Below are positions 9,219 to 19,171 of a stretch of DNA of 32,213 nucleotides, piece by piece. The notes under the pieces are model-generated. The model was not told the origin of the DNA, made no database searches, and was given only the letters and a program-made list of their open reading frames with translations. The translations under genes and the position numbers were made by a program. Numbering within the stretch: position 1 is the first letter of the stretch; every line of letters begins with the position of its first letter. The stretch comes from a virus (taxonomy: Duplodnaviria > Heunggongvirae > Uroviricota > Caudoviricetes), in the IMG/VR virus record IMGVR_UViG_2541047852_000002. One strand, given 5' to 3'.

Positions 9219-10424
9219 ATGGCGGTTGATATTAAAGATGTCGAACAGGTCGCGCAGGAGCTGCAGCAGAAGTTTGACGACTTCAAAGCAAAGAACGACA
9301 AGCGCGTGGATGCGATTGAGCAGGAAAAAGGCAAACTTGCCGGGCAGGTGGAAACCCTGAACGGGAAACTCAGCGAGCTGGAAAACCTCAAAAGCGATCT
9401 TGAAAAAGAGCTGCTTGAGCTGAAACGTCCGGCAGGTGGTGCGCAAAATAAACTGGCCACCGAGCATAAAGAAGCGTTTGTGGGCTTCCTGCGTAAAGGC
9501 CGTGAAGATGGTCTGCGCGATCTGGAGCGCAAGGCATTGCAGGTGGGCACCGATGAAGACGGCGGCTATGCCGTGCCGGAAGCACTGGATCGCAACATTC
9601 TCACCCTGCTGAAAGATGAAGTGGTGATGCGCCAGGAAGCCACGGTGATCACCGTTGGTGGTTCCGACTACAAAAAACTGGTGAATCTGGGCGGCACGGC
9701 TTCCGGATGGGTTGGCGAGACTGACGCGCGCTCCCAGACTGCCACCTCAAAACTGGGCCTGATTGAACCTTTCATGGGGGAAATCTACGGTAACCCGCAG
9801 GCCACCCAGAAAATGCTGGATGATGCCTTTTTCAACGTGGAAGCATGGATCAACAGCGAGCTGGCAACCGAATTTGCCGAACAGGAAGAAATTGCCTTTA
9901 CCACCGGCGATGGTACCAAGAAGCCGAAAGGGTTCCTGGCGTATGAATCCACTGATGAAACCGATAAGGTCCGGGCGTTCGGCAAACTTCAGCATATTGT
10001 ATCCGGCGAAGCGACGGCGGTGACCGCAGACGCCATTATCAAACTGATTTACACGCTGCGTAAGGCACACCGCACTGGCGCGAAGTTCATGATGAACAAC
10101 AACAGCCTGTTTGCCATCCGTCTGCTTAAAGACAGCGAGGGTAACTATCTGTGGCGTCCGGGGCTGGAACTGGGGCAGCCGTCCTCTCTGGCGGGTTACG
10201 GTATCGCTGAAAACGAACAGATGCCGGATATCGCCGCTGATGCGAAAGCCATTGCATTTGGTAACTTCAAACGGGGTTACACCATCGTTGACCGTATCGG
10301 CACCCGCATTCTGCGTGACCCGTACACCAATAAACCGTTTGTCGGTTTTTATACCACCAAGCGCACCGGCGGGATGCTGGTCGATTCGCAGGCCATCAAA
10401 CTGCTGAAGATTGCAGCGGCGTAA
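9219..10424 (+). CDS. major capsid protein (HK97 fold) with N-terminal coiled-coil scaffold domain
   Basis: 401 aa; heptad-repeat N-terminus then capsid domain; SD present. Confidence 0.9.
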   Translation: MAVDIKDVEQVAQELQQKFDDFKAKNDKRVDAIEQEKGKLAGQVETLNGKLSELENLKSDLEKELLELKRPAGGAQNKLATEHKEAFVGFLRKGREDGLRDLERKALQVGTDEDGGYAVPEALDRNILTLLKDEVVMRQEATVITVGGSDYKKLVNLGGTASGWVGETDARSQTATSKLGLIEPFMGEIYGNPQATQKMLDDAFFNVEAWINSELATEFAEQEEIAFTTGDGTKKPKGFLAYESTDETDKVRAFGKLQHIVSGEATAVTADAIIKLIYTLRKAHRTGAKFMMNNNSLFAIRLLKDSEGNYLWRPGLELGQPSSLAGYGIAENEQMPDIAADAKAIAFGNFKRGYTIVDRIGTRILRDPYTNKPFVGFYTTKRTGGMLVDSQAIKLLKIAAA

Positions 10425-10473
10425 TCACTCAGGGGCGCGGAACCGCGCCCCCTGTTCTGACGGGTGAAGAATC

Positions 10474-10674
10474 ATGATCCTGAAACAAGATCTGAAATGG
10501 TCACCGGACGGTATGCGTGTTGAGGTCATTCGGGCCGGTGAGTATGACGATGGGGCGCTTCCTGCCCGGGTGCAGGAGATTGCACTTCAGGCCGGGTTAG
10601 CAGAGCGCGGAATCAGTGCAAAAAGCAGTAAAGCGGCAAAAGAGAAAAAAGCCACGACCAGTAAAGAGGGCTGA
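10474..10674 (+). CDS. hypothetical small head-associated protein
   Basis: 66-aa ORF between capsid and connector genes. Confidence 0.45.
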   Translation: MILKQDLKWSPDGMRVEVIRAGEYDDGALPARVQEIALQAGLAERGISAKSSKAAKEKKATTSKEG

Positions 10675-10676
10675 GT

Positions 10677-11000
10677 ATGCTTCTGACAATGGAAGAGATT
10701 AAAGCCCAACTCCGGCTGGATGAGGATTTCGATGCTGATGACCGCCATCTGCAACTGCTGGCCTGTGCGGCACAAAAGCGGACGGAAACGTATCTGAACC
10801 GGAAGCTCTATGCACCGGATGAAACCATTCCGGACAGCGATCCGGACGGGCTGCACCTGCCGGATGATATTCGTCTGGGGATGCTGATGCTTATCAGCCA
10901 TTTTTACGAAAACCGCTCGTCGGTTACGGAAGTGGAGAAACTCGACATGCCGCAGAGTTTTGGCTGGCTTGTCGGCCCGTACAGGTACTTTCCGCAATGA
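10677..11000 (+). CDS. head-tail connector protein (gp6-like)
   Basis: N-terminal EEIKAQLRLDEDFDADD motif typical of this family. Confidence 0.75.
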   Translation: MLLTMEEIKAQLRLDEDFDADDRHLQLLACAAQKRTETYLNRKLYAPDETIPDSDPDGLHLPDDIRLGMLMLISHFYENRSSVTEVEKLDMPQSFGWLVGPYRYFPQ

Positions 11001-11407
11001 AAATTCGTCAGGCGCAGACCAGCGCAACCTACATTCTGCCGGACCCCGGTGAACTGAATAAACGCGTCCTGATCCGCCTGCGGGTGGATATGCCCGCGGA
11101 TAACTTTGGCGTGGAGCCTCAATACCTGATTACGTTCCGGACATGGGCGAAGGTTATCCAGACCAGTGCCACCACCTGGCAGGAAACCGCGCAGACCGGG
11201 GACGCCATCACCCATTACATCACCATTCGTTACCGCCGGGGGATTACCGCTGATTATGAGGTGGTCTGCGGTGACAGTGTGTACCGGGTGAAACGTCAGC
11301 GCGATCTGAACGGGGCGCGGCGCTTTCTGCTGCTGGAGTGTACGGAGCTGGGCGAATGTAGGCAGAGTCACGGAGGCAACAATGACGACTTCCTTTTTGC
11401 ACGTTGA
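10997..11407 (+). CDS. head closure / head-tail adaptor protein
   Basis: Size and position in the connector module; overlapping stop/start. Confidence 0.6.
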   Translation: MKIRQAQTSATYILPDPGELNKRVLIRLRVDMPADNFGVEPQYLITFRTWAKVIQTSATTWQETAQTGDAITHYITIRYRRGITADYEVVCGDSVYRVKRQRDLNGARRFLLLECTELGECRQSHGGNNDDFLFAR

Positions 11408-11888
11408 TTTTCAGCAGCCCGCGGAGATGCGCTTTAACCGCGCCCGTGTCCGGCGGGCGTTTGTCACGATTGGTCAGCGTCATATGCGTGATGCCCGTCG
11501 GCTGGTGATGCGCCGTGCGCGGTCGGCACCGGGTGAAAACCCCGGTTATCAGACCGGACGCCTGGCTCGTTCGATTGGTTACATGGTACCCAGAGCCAGT
11601 AAACATCGCCCTGGTTTTATGGCACGTATAGCCCCTAACCAGCGTAATGGAGAGGGAAACCGCCGTATCACCGGTGATTTTTATCCGGCTTTTTTGTTCT
11701 ATGGCGTGAGGCGAGGGGCAAAGCGTCGTCGCAGCCATCATCGTGGTGCATCCGGTGGCAGCGGCTGGCGACTGGCTCCACGTAATAACTTTATGGTGGA
11801 AACGCTTGAAAAGAACCGCAGCTGGACACGCTATTTTCTGGCGCGGGAATTACGTAAATCACTGAAGCCGGAGCGACGACGCAGATGA
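11382..11888 (+). CDS. virion morphogenesis (neck) protein, Arg-rich
   Basis: Position between head-closure and tail genes. Confidence 0.55.
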   Translation: MTTSFLHVDFQQPAEMRFNRARVRRAFVTIGQRHMRDARRLVMRRARSAPGENPGYQTGRLARSIGYMVPRASKHRPGFMARIAPNQRNGEGNRRITGDFYPAFLFYGVRRGAKRRRSHHRGASGGSGWRLAPRNNFMVETLEKNRSWTRYFLARELRKSLKPERRRR

Positions 11889-12445
11889 AACTGACGCCTG
11901 TTATTGCTGCGCTGCGTGCCCGCTGCCCGTATTTTGAAAACCGGGTGGCAGGCGCGGCACAGTTCAAAAATCTGCCGGAGGTCGGAAAGCTGAGACTCCC
12001 GGCGGCATATGTGGTACCGGGTGATGACTCTCCGGGAGAAAACAAAAGCCAGACCGACTACTGGCAGGAGCTGAAAGAGGGCTTCTCCGTGGTTGTCATA
12101 CTGAGTAACGGACGTGATGAGCGCGGTCAGTTTGCCTCGTATGATGTGGTGGACGATGTCCGGCAGATGCTCTTTAAGGCCCTGCTGGGCTGGAACCCGG
12201 AAGCGTGCGGTAACCCGATTACCTATGACGGCGGCACGCTGCTGGATCTGAATCGTCATGAGCTGATTTATCAGTTCGATTTTTCGGTCATCAGAGAGCT
12301 GACCGAAGACGATACCCGCCAGCAGGATGACCTGAACAGTCTGGATGAACTGCGAACGCTGGCGATTGATGTTGATTATCTCGATCCCGGTAACGGGTCT
12401 GACGGCGATATCGAACATCACACCGAAATACCCCTTCCTTCCTGA
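11885..12445 (+). CDS. tail-associated protein (neck/tail terminator candidate)
   Basis: Position immediately upstream of sheath module. Confidence 0.5.
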   Translation: MKLTPVIAALRARCPYFENRVAGAAQFKNLPEVGKLRLPAAYVVPGDDSPGENKSQTDYWQELKEGFSVVVILSNGRDERGQFASYDVVDDVRQMLFKALLGWNPEACGNPITYDGGTLLDLNRHELIYQFDFSVIRELTEDDTRQQDDLNSLDELRTLAIDVDYLDPGNGSDGDIEHHTEIPLPS

Positions 12446-12453
12446 GGATCATC

Positions 12454-12624
12454 ATGTTTGTGAAACCTGTTAAAGGGCGGTCAGTGCCTGACCCTGCCCG
12501 CGGCGACCTTTTGCCCGCCGAAGGGCGAAATGTTGATGAGAACAACTACTGGCTGCGCCGTGAAGCAGCGGGTGATATCCGGCGCGTGAATAAAAAGGTG
12601 AACACCGATGACGATAAGCTTTAA
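12454..12624 (+). CDS. small conserved-position ORF upstream of and overlapping the sheath gene (56 aa)
   Basis: SD GAGGA upstream of ATG 12454; below the ORF-track size cutoff. Confidence 0.35.
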   Translation: MFVKPVKGRSVPDPARGDLLPAEGRNVDENNYWLRREAAGDIRRVNKKVNTDDDKL

Positions 12625-14104
12625 CACCATTCCGTCGAATACGCTGGTTCCGCTGTTTTATGCGGAAATGGATAACCAGGCTGCGAATACTGCACAGGAC
12701 AGCGGAGCATCGCTGCTGATTGGTCATGCCAATAACGGTGCAGAGATTGTTGCCAACAGTCTGGTACTGATGCCGTCGGCAGACTATGCACGCCAGATTT
12801 GTGGTGCGGGAAGTCAGCTGGCGCGTATGGTCGAGGCTTATCGCCAGACTGACCCGTTTGGCGAGCTGTATGTGATTGCCGTTCCTGAATCCACAGGCGC
12901 GGCGGCAACGGTTACGCTGACGGTGACCGGGGCGGCAACCGAAACCGGCACGGTGAATGTGTATGTGGGACGTACCCGCGTGCAGGTACCGGTGACTAAC
13001 GGCGATAACGTTACGATGATTGCCAGCAGTATCCAGGATGCCATCAATGCCGTTCCGACCCTGCCGTTTACGGCTTCATCTTCGGCAGGCGTGGTCACAC
13101 TGACCGCGCGTCATAAGGGGCTTTGCGGGAATGAAATTCCTGTCAGCCTCAATTACTACGGCTTTGGTGGGGGCGAAGTGCTGCCAGCGGGCGTACAGAT
13201 TGCCGTGGTGACGGGTACCGCCGGAACGGGTGCTCCGGTTCTCACCGGCGCTGTGGCTGCAATGGCGGATGAGCCGTTTGATTATATCGGCCTGCCGTTC
13301 AACGACACGGCCTCCGTTAACACGCTGGTGACCGAGATGAACGATACCAGCGGTCGCTGGAGCTATGCGCGTCAGCTGTATGGTCATGTGTATACGGCAA
13401 AGACCGGCACGCTGTCAGAACTGGTGACCGCAGGTGACCAGTTTAACCAGCAGCACATTACCCTGGCGGGGTACGAAAAAGACACCCAGACGCCTGCCGA
13501 CGAGCTGGCGGCAAGCCGTACCGCCCGCGCAGCGGTGTTTATCCGCAACGATCCGGCACGTCCCACGCAGACCGGTGAGCTGGTGGGTATGCTGCCTGCG
13601 CCGAAGGGGAAACGGTTCACGATGACCGAACAAAAGACCCTGCTGTCTCATGGCGTGGCAACGGCGTATGTCGAAAGCGGGGTACTGCGCATTCAGCGTG
13701 ATGTCACCACGTACAGGAAAAACGCTTACGGGGTTGCGGATAACAGCTACCTCGACAGCGAGACGCTGCATACCAGTGCGTATGTACTGCGCAAACTGAA
13801 ATCCGTCATTACCAGTAAGTACGGGCGTCACAAGCTTGCCAGCGACGGTACCCGCTTTGGTCCCGGTCAGGCGATTGTCACCCCGGCGGTGATCAAAGGG
13901 GAACTGCTGGCAACCTACCGTCAGCTTGAGCGTGCGGGGATCGTGGAAAACTACGAACTTTTTAAGCAGTACCTGGTTGTGGAGCGTGATGCCAGCGATC
14001 CGAACCGCCTGAACACGCTGTTCCCGCCTGACTATGTTAACCAGTTGCGTGTCTTTGCCGTGGTTAACCAGTTCCGTCTTCAGTATTCAGAGGAGTCCGC
14101 ATAA
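12608..14104 (+). CDS. contractile tail sheath protein
   Basis: 498 aa, followed by a 118-aa tube gene, as in Mu-like tails. Confidence 0.88.
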   Translation: MTISFNTIPSNTLVPLFYAEMDNQAANTAQDSGASLLIGHANNGAEIVANSLVLMPSADYARQICGAGSQLARMVEAYRQTDPFGELYVIAVPESTGAAATVTLTVTGAATETGTVNVYVGRTRVQVPVTNGDNVTMIASSIQDAINAVPTLPFTASSSAGVVTLTARHKGLCGNEIPVSLNYYGFGGGEVLPAGVQIAVVTGTAGTGAPVLTGAVAAMADEPFDYIGLPFNDTASVNTLVTEMNDTSGRWSYARQLYGHVYTAKTGTLSELVTAGDQFNQQHITLAGYEKDTQTPADELAASRTARAAVFIRNDPARPTQTGELVGMLPAPKGKRFTMTEQKTLLSHGVATAYVESGVLRIQRDVTTYRKNAYGVADNSYLDSETLHTSAYVLRKLKSVITSKYGRHKLASDGTRFGPGQAIVTPAVIKGELLATYRQLERAGIVENYELFKQYLVVERDASDPNRLNTLFPPDYVNQLRVFAVVNQFRLQYSEESA

Positions 14105-14460
14105 TGGCCCGTATCGGGGGAACCTGTTATTTCAAAATTGACGGTCAGCAGCTATCGCTGACCGGCGGCATTGAGGTGCCCATGAACAGGACGGTCAATG
14201 ATGACATCATCGGCCTGGACGGTTCAGTGGACCGCAAGGAAACTCACCGTGCGCCTTATGTTAAAGGGACCTTCAAGGTGCCGAAGAATTTTCCGGTGAG
14301 CAAAATCACCTCGTCTGATGAGATGACCATCACTGCCGAGCTGGCGAACGGTCAGGTCTATGTACTGTCGTCTGCCTGGCTGCACGGCGAAGCGAACCAT
14401 AATGCCGAAGAAGGGACGGTTGATCTTGAGTTCCACGGTGAAGAAGGGGATTACCAGTAA
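14104..14460 (+). CDS. tail tube protein
   Basis: 118 aa directly after sheath with overlapping stop/start. Confidence 0.85.
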   Translation: MARIGGTCYFKIDGQQLSLTGGIEVPMNRTVNDDIIGLDGSVDRKETHRAPYVKGTFKVPKNFPVSKITSSDEMTITAELANGQVYVLSSAWLHGEANHNAEEGTVDLEFHGEEGDYQ

Positions 14461-14729
14461 TGAAAGAGCTTGAGTTAAAGAAACCGATTACCGCTCATGG
14501 CGAGACACTCTCCGTACTGGAGTTTGATGAGCCCACCGGGAAAGATGTCCGCGAGCTGGGGTATCCCTACCAGATGAATCAGGATGAGTCCGTCAGACTT
14601 CTGGCGCATGTGGTATCGAAATACATTGTGCGGCTGGCGAAAGTGCCGCAAAACTCTGTCGACCAGATGTCTCCGGCAGACCTGAATGCTGCGGCGTGGC
14701 TTGTGGCTGGTTTTTTCCTCCAGGCCTGA
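14460..14729 (+). CDS. tail assembly chaperone (G-like)
   Basis: Small ORF before tape measure; ends just past a slippery heptamer. Confidence 0.75.
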   Translation: MKELELKKPITAHGETLSVLEFDEPTGKDVRELGYPYQMNQDESVRLLAHVVSKYIVRLAKVPQNSVDQMSPADLNAAAWLVAGFFLQA

Positions 14730-14878
14730 CGGCTGAATACCTCACTGATCGCTTCTTTGACTGCGCCAGCTACTGGCGCATTAATCCCTTCGAATTGCTG
14801 AATATGCCGATCAGTGAAATTCCCTTGCTGGTCAGTCAGGCAAACAGGATAGAGCAGGAGAAACGCACACATGGCTGA
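14696..14878 (+). CDS. -1 frame extension of tail assembly chaperone (GT-like product)
   Basis: ORF in -1 frame relative to 14460-14729, overlapping the slippery site and running to the tape-measure start. Confidence 0.6.
   Translation: MACGWFFPPGLTAEYLTDRFFDCASYWRINPFELLNMPISEIPLLVSQANRIEQEKRTHG
14711..14717 (+). promoter_or_regulatory. programmed -1 ribosomal frameshift slippery heptamer T TTT TTC
   Basis: Seen in sequence, in frame with the chaperone codons GGT TTT TTC. Confidence 0.6.
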
Positions 14879-16706
14879 ATTTGAGCTTAAGGCGTTGATC
14901 ACCGGTGTCGACAGGCTTTCTCCCGCGCTGTCGAAAATGCAAAAGAAAATCCGGGGATTTAAACGCCAGGCGGAAGAAGCGTCACAGGGTGGGCTGGCGC
15001 TTGGTGGCGGACTGGCTGCGGGTCTGACGCTTTCCCTGAAATCTTATGCCGATCAGGAAAACGCCGCCACCGGGCTGAAAGTTGCCATGATGGATGCGAA
15101 CGGTGAGGTCGGAAAGCGCTTTCAGGACATCAATAAACTGGCTATTGGTCTGGGTAACCAGCTACCCGGTACAACGGCTGATTTCCAGAACATGATGCAG
15201 ATGCTGGTGCGTCAGGGGATCCCGGCAGAAAACATTCTTGGCGGTGTGGGTAAAGCGACAGCTTATCTTGCGGTACAACTGAAAAAAACACCGGAAGCGG
15301 CTGCCGAGTTTGCCGCAAAGATGCAGGATGCTACCGGAACGGCGTCAGAAGACATGATGGGGCTGTTCGACACTATCCAGAAGGCGTTTTATCTGGGCGT
15401 TGACGATACCAACATGTTGTCCTTCTTCACTAAAACCAGCTCTGTTCTGAAGATGGTGAACAAGGACGGTCTTCAGGCTGCACAGAGCCTTGCCCCCATC
15501 AGCGTCATGATGGATCAGATGGGGATGAACGGGGAGTCGGCAGGTAACGCCCTGCGAAAAGTTATCCAGTCCGGATTAAGCGTTAAGAAAATCAGGGACG
15601 TCAATAAAGTCATGGCCCGCCAGAAACTCGGGGTACAGCTCGATTTTACTGACGGCAAAGGGAGTTTTGGCGGTCTTGATAACATGTTCAGGCAACTGGC
15701 AAAGCTGCGAAAACTGACCGACGTTAAGCGAACTGGTGTACTTAAGGCAATATTTGGTGATGATGCCGAAACCCTTCAGGTGGTCAATGCACTAATCGAT
15801 AAAGGAAAGGATGGCTACGACCAGATCCAGCAGAAGATGAATAAACAGGCCAGTCTGAATAAACGTGTTCAGGCACAGCTTGGTACGCTGTCCAACCTGT
15901 GGGAGGCAATGACAGGGACCGCAACTAACGGCCTTGCGGCTATTGGCGGCGCATTTTCTGGTGACGCTAAAAATATCACGCAATGGCTGGGGGAGTTGGG
16001 GGAGAAATTCACGAAGTTTGCGGATGAAAATCCCCGGGTTATTCGCGGCGTCGTCGGGCTTGCTGCCGGTCTTGCGATTCTGAAACTGGGATTGATGGGC
16101 GTTGGCGGTGCCATCAGTATTGTCAGCAGGATCATGTCGATGACGCCGATTGGCATGATTGCGACGGCGATAGCCCTGGCTGCGGGATTAATTATCACTA
16201 ACTGGGATGTTGTCGGACCTTATTTCAAGAAGCTCTGGGAAACCATTGGTCCTTATTTTGAGGCTGGCCGGGAACTTCTGAAGAAGGTTTTTGCCTGGTC
16301 GCCGCTGGGGATGGTAATCAATAACTGGGGACCGGTTGTTAAGTGGTTTCAGGATATGTGGGACAAGCTGAAGCCAATTATTGAGTGGTTTACCGACAGT
16401 TCCGGTGACACGGTCGATGCCATTAACTCTGCGCAGTGGGGCGCGGGTGCTTATGATGCTTATGGGACGGGAATACCGGCACGGGGATACACACCTTATC
16501 AGGCGGTGGATCCGGCTCAGTCAAACAACGCCTCCGGTGCCACAGGCCCGAATCCCTTCATGATTAACAAAGCTTCTGCGCCAAAAGTTGATGGTGAGAT
16601 CAAGGTCTCTTTTGTGAATTCACCTCCGGGTATGCGGGTTATGGAAACGCGATCCAGCGGTTTTGATGTCAGCCATGATGTTGGCTATACGCGCTTTGGC
16701 AGGTAA
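14871..16706 (+). CDS. tail tape measure protein
   Basis: 611 aa, Ala/Gly-rich helical with hydrophobic segments; after chaperone. Confidence 0.88.
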   Translation: MAEFELKALITGVDRLSPALSKMQKKIRGFKRQAEEASQGGLALGGGLAAGLTLSLKSYADQENAATGLKVAMMDANGEVGKRFQDINKLAIGLGNQLPGTTADFQNMMQMLVRQGIPAENILGGVGKATAYLAVQLKKTPEAAAEFAAKMQDATGTASEDMMGLFDTIQKAFYLGVDDTNMLSFFTKTSSVLKMVNKDGLQAAQSLAPISVMMDQMGMNGESAGNALRKVIQSGLSVKKIRDVNKVMARQKLGVQLDFTDGKGSFGGLDNMFRQLAKLRKLTDVKRTGVLKAIFGDDAETLQVVNALIDKGKDGYDQIQQKMNKQASLNKRVQAQLGTLSNLWEAMTGTATNGLAAIGGAFSGDAKNITQWLGELGEKFTKFADENPRVIRGVVGLAAGLAILKLGLMGVGGAISIVSRIMSMTPIGMIATAIALAAGLIITNWDVVGPYFKKLWETIGPYFEAGRELLKKVFAWSPLGMVINNWGPVVKWFQDMWDKLKPIIEWFTDSSGDTVDAINSAQWGAGAYDAYGTGIPARGYTPYQAVDPAQSNNASGATGPNPFMINKASAPKVDGEIKVSFVNSPPGMRVMETRSSGFDVSHDVGYTRFGR

Positions 16707-16724
16707 TGAAAAATTAATCTGTTA

Positions 16725-17690
16725 ATGAGTCCCACTCCGGTGGGATTTTTTATGTACGGAGTTTATATGACGTGGAAAGACAGACTTCAGGACGCGTCAT
16801 TTCGCGGTGTGCCGTTTAAGGTTGAAGAAGAAAGTGCGGGAACCGGTCGTCGTGTGGAAACGCACGAATACCCGAACCGCGACAAACCCTATACCGAAGA
16901 CCTGGGGAAAATCACTTTCCGCCCGTCCATCACAGCTTATGTGGTGGGAGATGACTGCTTTGACCAGCGCGATCGCCTGATTGACGCGCTGAATAAACCC
17001 GGTCCCGGCACGCTTGTCCATCCGACTTACGGTGAGCTGAAAGTCTGTGTTGACGGGGAAGTTCGGGTCAGCACATCGAAGAGTGAAGGGCGTATTGTCC
17101 GCTTTGACCTGAAGTTTGTCGAAGCGGGAGAACTCTCTTACCCCACTTCAGGTGCGGCGACGGCGCAGACGCTGATGTCATCCTGTTCTGCACTGGATGA
17201 CTGCATCAGTGACAGCTTCAGTGGTTTCAGTATCGATGGCGTGGCAGATTTTGTGCAGAACGACGTCGTCGGTAATGCCAGCACAATGCTTGGGTATGTT
17301 TCTGATGCGATGAAAGTGGTGGATTCTGCCGTATCGGATGCCGCCAGGCTGTTGCAGGGGGATATCTCGGTACTTCTGCCGCCGCCATCGTCAGGCAAAA
17401 ATTTCGTTGAGCAGGTGCAGAAAATGTGGCGTACCGGGAAACGCCTTTATGGTAACGCCAGCGACCTGGTCACCATGATCAAAACGCTTTCCGGTGTCAG
17501 CCTCGGCAGCGATCTGCAACCGCGCGGCGTCTGGAAAACGGACAGTAAAACCACCGCCACGGCGACGCAGCAGCGTAACGTGGTTGCCAGCACCCTTCGT
17601 ACGACCGCAATCAGCGAAGCGGCGTATGCCGTCACACGATTGCCTGCGCCCACAACTTCCGCGGTGATGCAGAATGCCACAGTGGGGTAG
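16725..17690 (+). CDS. DNA circularisation protein (Mu N-like), N-terminal part ending at an in-frame TAG
   Basis: ASFRGVPF and HEYP motifs recalled as typical of the family; likely start ATG 16767 with GGAG upstream. Confidence 0.75.
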   Translation: MSPTPVGFFMYGVYMTWKDRLQDASFRGVPFKVEEESAGTGRRVETHEYPNRDKPYTEDLGKITFRPSITAYVVGDDCFDQRDRLIDALNKPGPGTLVHPTYGELKVCVDGEVRVSTSKSEGRIVRFDLKFVEAGELSYPTSGAATAQTLMSSCSALDDCISDSFSGFSIDGVADFVQNDVVGNASTMLGYVSDAMKVVDSAVSDAARLLQGDISVLLPPPSSGKNFVEQVQKMWRTGKRLYGNASDLVTMIKTLSGVSLGSDLQPRGVWKTDSKTTATATQQRNVVASTLRTTAISEAAYAVTRLPAPTTSAVMQNATVG

Positions 17691-17759
17691 TCAACAACAC
17701 CCGCGCAGAGCACCGGCTGGCCTTCTGTCACGCATCCGGCACTGAACAATGCACCGGCG

Positions 17760-18095
17760 GTGAAAAACACGGTTGACCTGCCAACGTGGGAAGAACTGAC
17801 CGACATTCGCGACACACTGAATACGGCAATTGATAAGGAGTTGTCCCGTACAACCAGTGATGTGCTGTTTCTGGCGCTGCGCCGGGTGAAAGCAGATCTG
17901 AATGCGGATATCAACACGCGCCTTGAACAGTCTGCACGGATCATTCAGCGCACACCGGATGAGGTTTTACCCGCGCTGGTGCTGGCGGCGACCTGGTTTG
18001 ATAACGCGGCGCGTGACGCGGACATTATCCGGCGTAATGCCATTACGCATCCCGGCTTTGTGCCGGTGATCCCTCTGAAGGTGCCAGTGCAATGA
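17760..18095 (+). CDS. probable C-terminal part of the DNA circularisation protein (same frame, downstream of amber codon)
   Basis: Same frame as 16725-17690 with no stop between 17691 and 17759. Confidence 0.5.
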   Translation: MKNTVDLPTWEELTDIRDTLNTAIDKELSRTTSDVLFLALRRVKADLNADINTRLEQSARIIQRTPDEVLPALVLAATWFDNAARDADIIRRNAITHPGFVPVIPLKVPVQ

Positions 18096-19171
18096 ACGAT
18101 AACGTCACGCTACGGGTAAATGGCCGGGAGTGGAATGGCTGGACATCGGTGCGCATCGGTGCCGGTATTGAACGGCTGGCGCGGGATTTCAGTGTGGAGA
18201 TCACCCGCCAGTGGCCGGGTGATGAGGGTATCACCACGCTTCAGCCGCGCATTAAAAACGGTTCAAAAGTGGAGGTGCTGATTGGTGATGAGCTGGTGAT
18301 CACCGGCTGGGTGGAGGCGACGCCCGTTCGTTACGATGCCCGTTCGGTCAGCACCGGTATTGCCGGACGCAGTCTGACCGCTGACCTGATTGACTGTGCA
18401 GCCGAACCGACACAGTTTAACGGACGATCGCTGGTACAGATTGCGCAGGCGCTTGCTGCGCCTTTCGGCATTGAGGTGGTGAACAACGGTGCGCCGTCGG
18501 GTGTTATTCCTGACGTCCAGCCCGATCACGGTGAAACGGTGATTGAGGTAATCAACAAAATACTCGGTCAGCAGCAGGCACTGGCTTACGACGACCCACA
18601 CGGCAGGCTGGTGATTGGCGGTATTGGCTCAACGCGGGCACATACTGCGCTGGTACTCGGGGAAAACATCCTTTCCTGCGATACGGAGAAGAGTATCCGG
18701 GAGCGGTTTTCTGTTTACCAGGTGGCGGGGCAGCGTGCTGGAAACGACGATGATTTCGGTGAGGCCACCACCAGCGCGCTGCGGGCCCGCACAGAGGACG
18801 CATTTATTGCCCGTTACCGTCCGATGTATATCAGGCAGACAGGGCAGGCTACGGGGGCAGGCTGTATTGCGCGTGCTGACTTTGAAGCCCGACAACGGGC
18901 GGCGCGGACGGATGAAACCACCTATGTGGTGCAGGGCTGGCGACAGGGTAACGGTACGCTGTGGCAGCCCAACCAGCGGGTGATTGTCTTCGATCCGGTC
19001 TGTGGTTTCGACAATACCGAACTGCTTGTCTCGGAAGTCACGTTTACTCAGGACCAGAACGGCACCCTGACGGAAATCCGTGTCGGCCCACCTGATGCTT
19101 ATCTGCCTGAACCCGAAGCCCCCGGCGCGCGGAAAAAGAAAAAAGCCAGAGTACAGGAGGACCCGTTCTGA
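18092..19171 (+). CDS. baseplate hub protein (Mu P / P2 gpD-like)
   Basis: 359 aa, position after circularisation protein. Confidence 0.75.
   Translation: MNDNVTLRVNGREWNGWTSVRIGAGIERLARDFSVEITRQWPGDEGITTLQPRIKNGSKVEVLIGDELVITGWVEATPVRYDARSVSTGIAGRSLTADLIDCAAEPTQFNGRSLVQIAQALAAPFGIEVVNNGAPSGVIPDVQPDHGETVIEVINKILGQQQALAYDDPHGRLVIGGIGSTRAHTALVLGENILSCDTEKSIRERFSVYQVAGQRAGNDDDFGEATTSALRARTEDAFIARYRPMYIRQTGQATGAGCIARADFEARQRAARTDETTYVVQGWRQGNGTLWQPNQRVIVFDPVCGFDNTELLVSEVTFTQDQNGTLTEIRVGPPDAYLPEPEAPGARKKKKARVQEDPF

Noticed and set aside
9116-9550. Ser/Arg-rich 144-aa antisense ORF and other long antisense ORFs (for example 7416-7925, 10587-11027, 11244-11741, 13415-13831, 15869-16198, 17447-17944)
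   Set aside because: They lie entirely antisense within well-supported phage structural genes in GC-rich DNA, lack ribosome-binding sites and have low-complexity composition typical of spurious frames.
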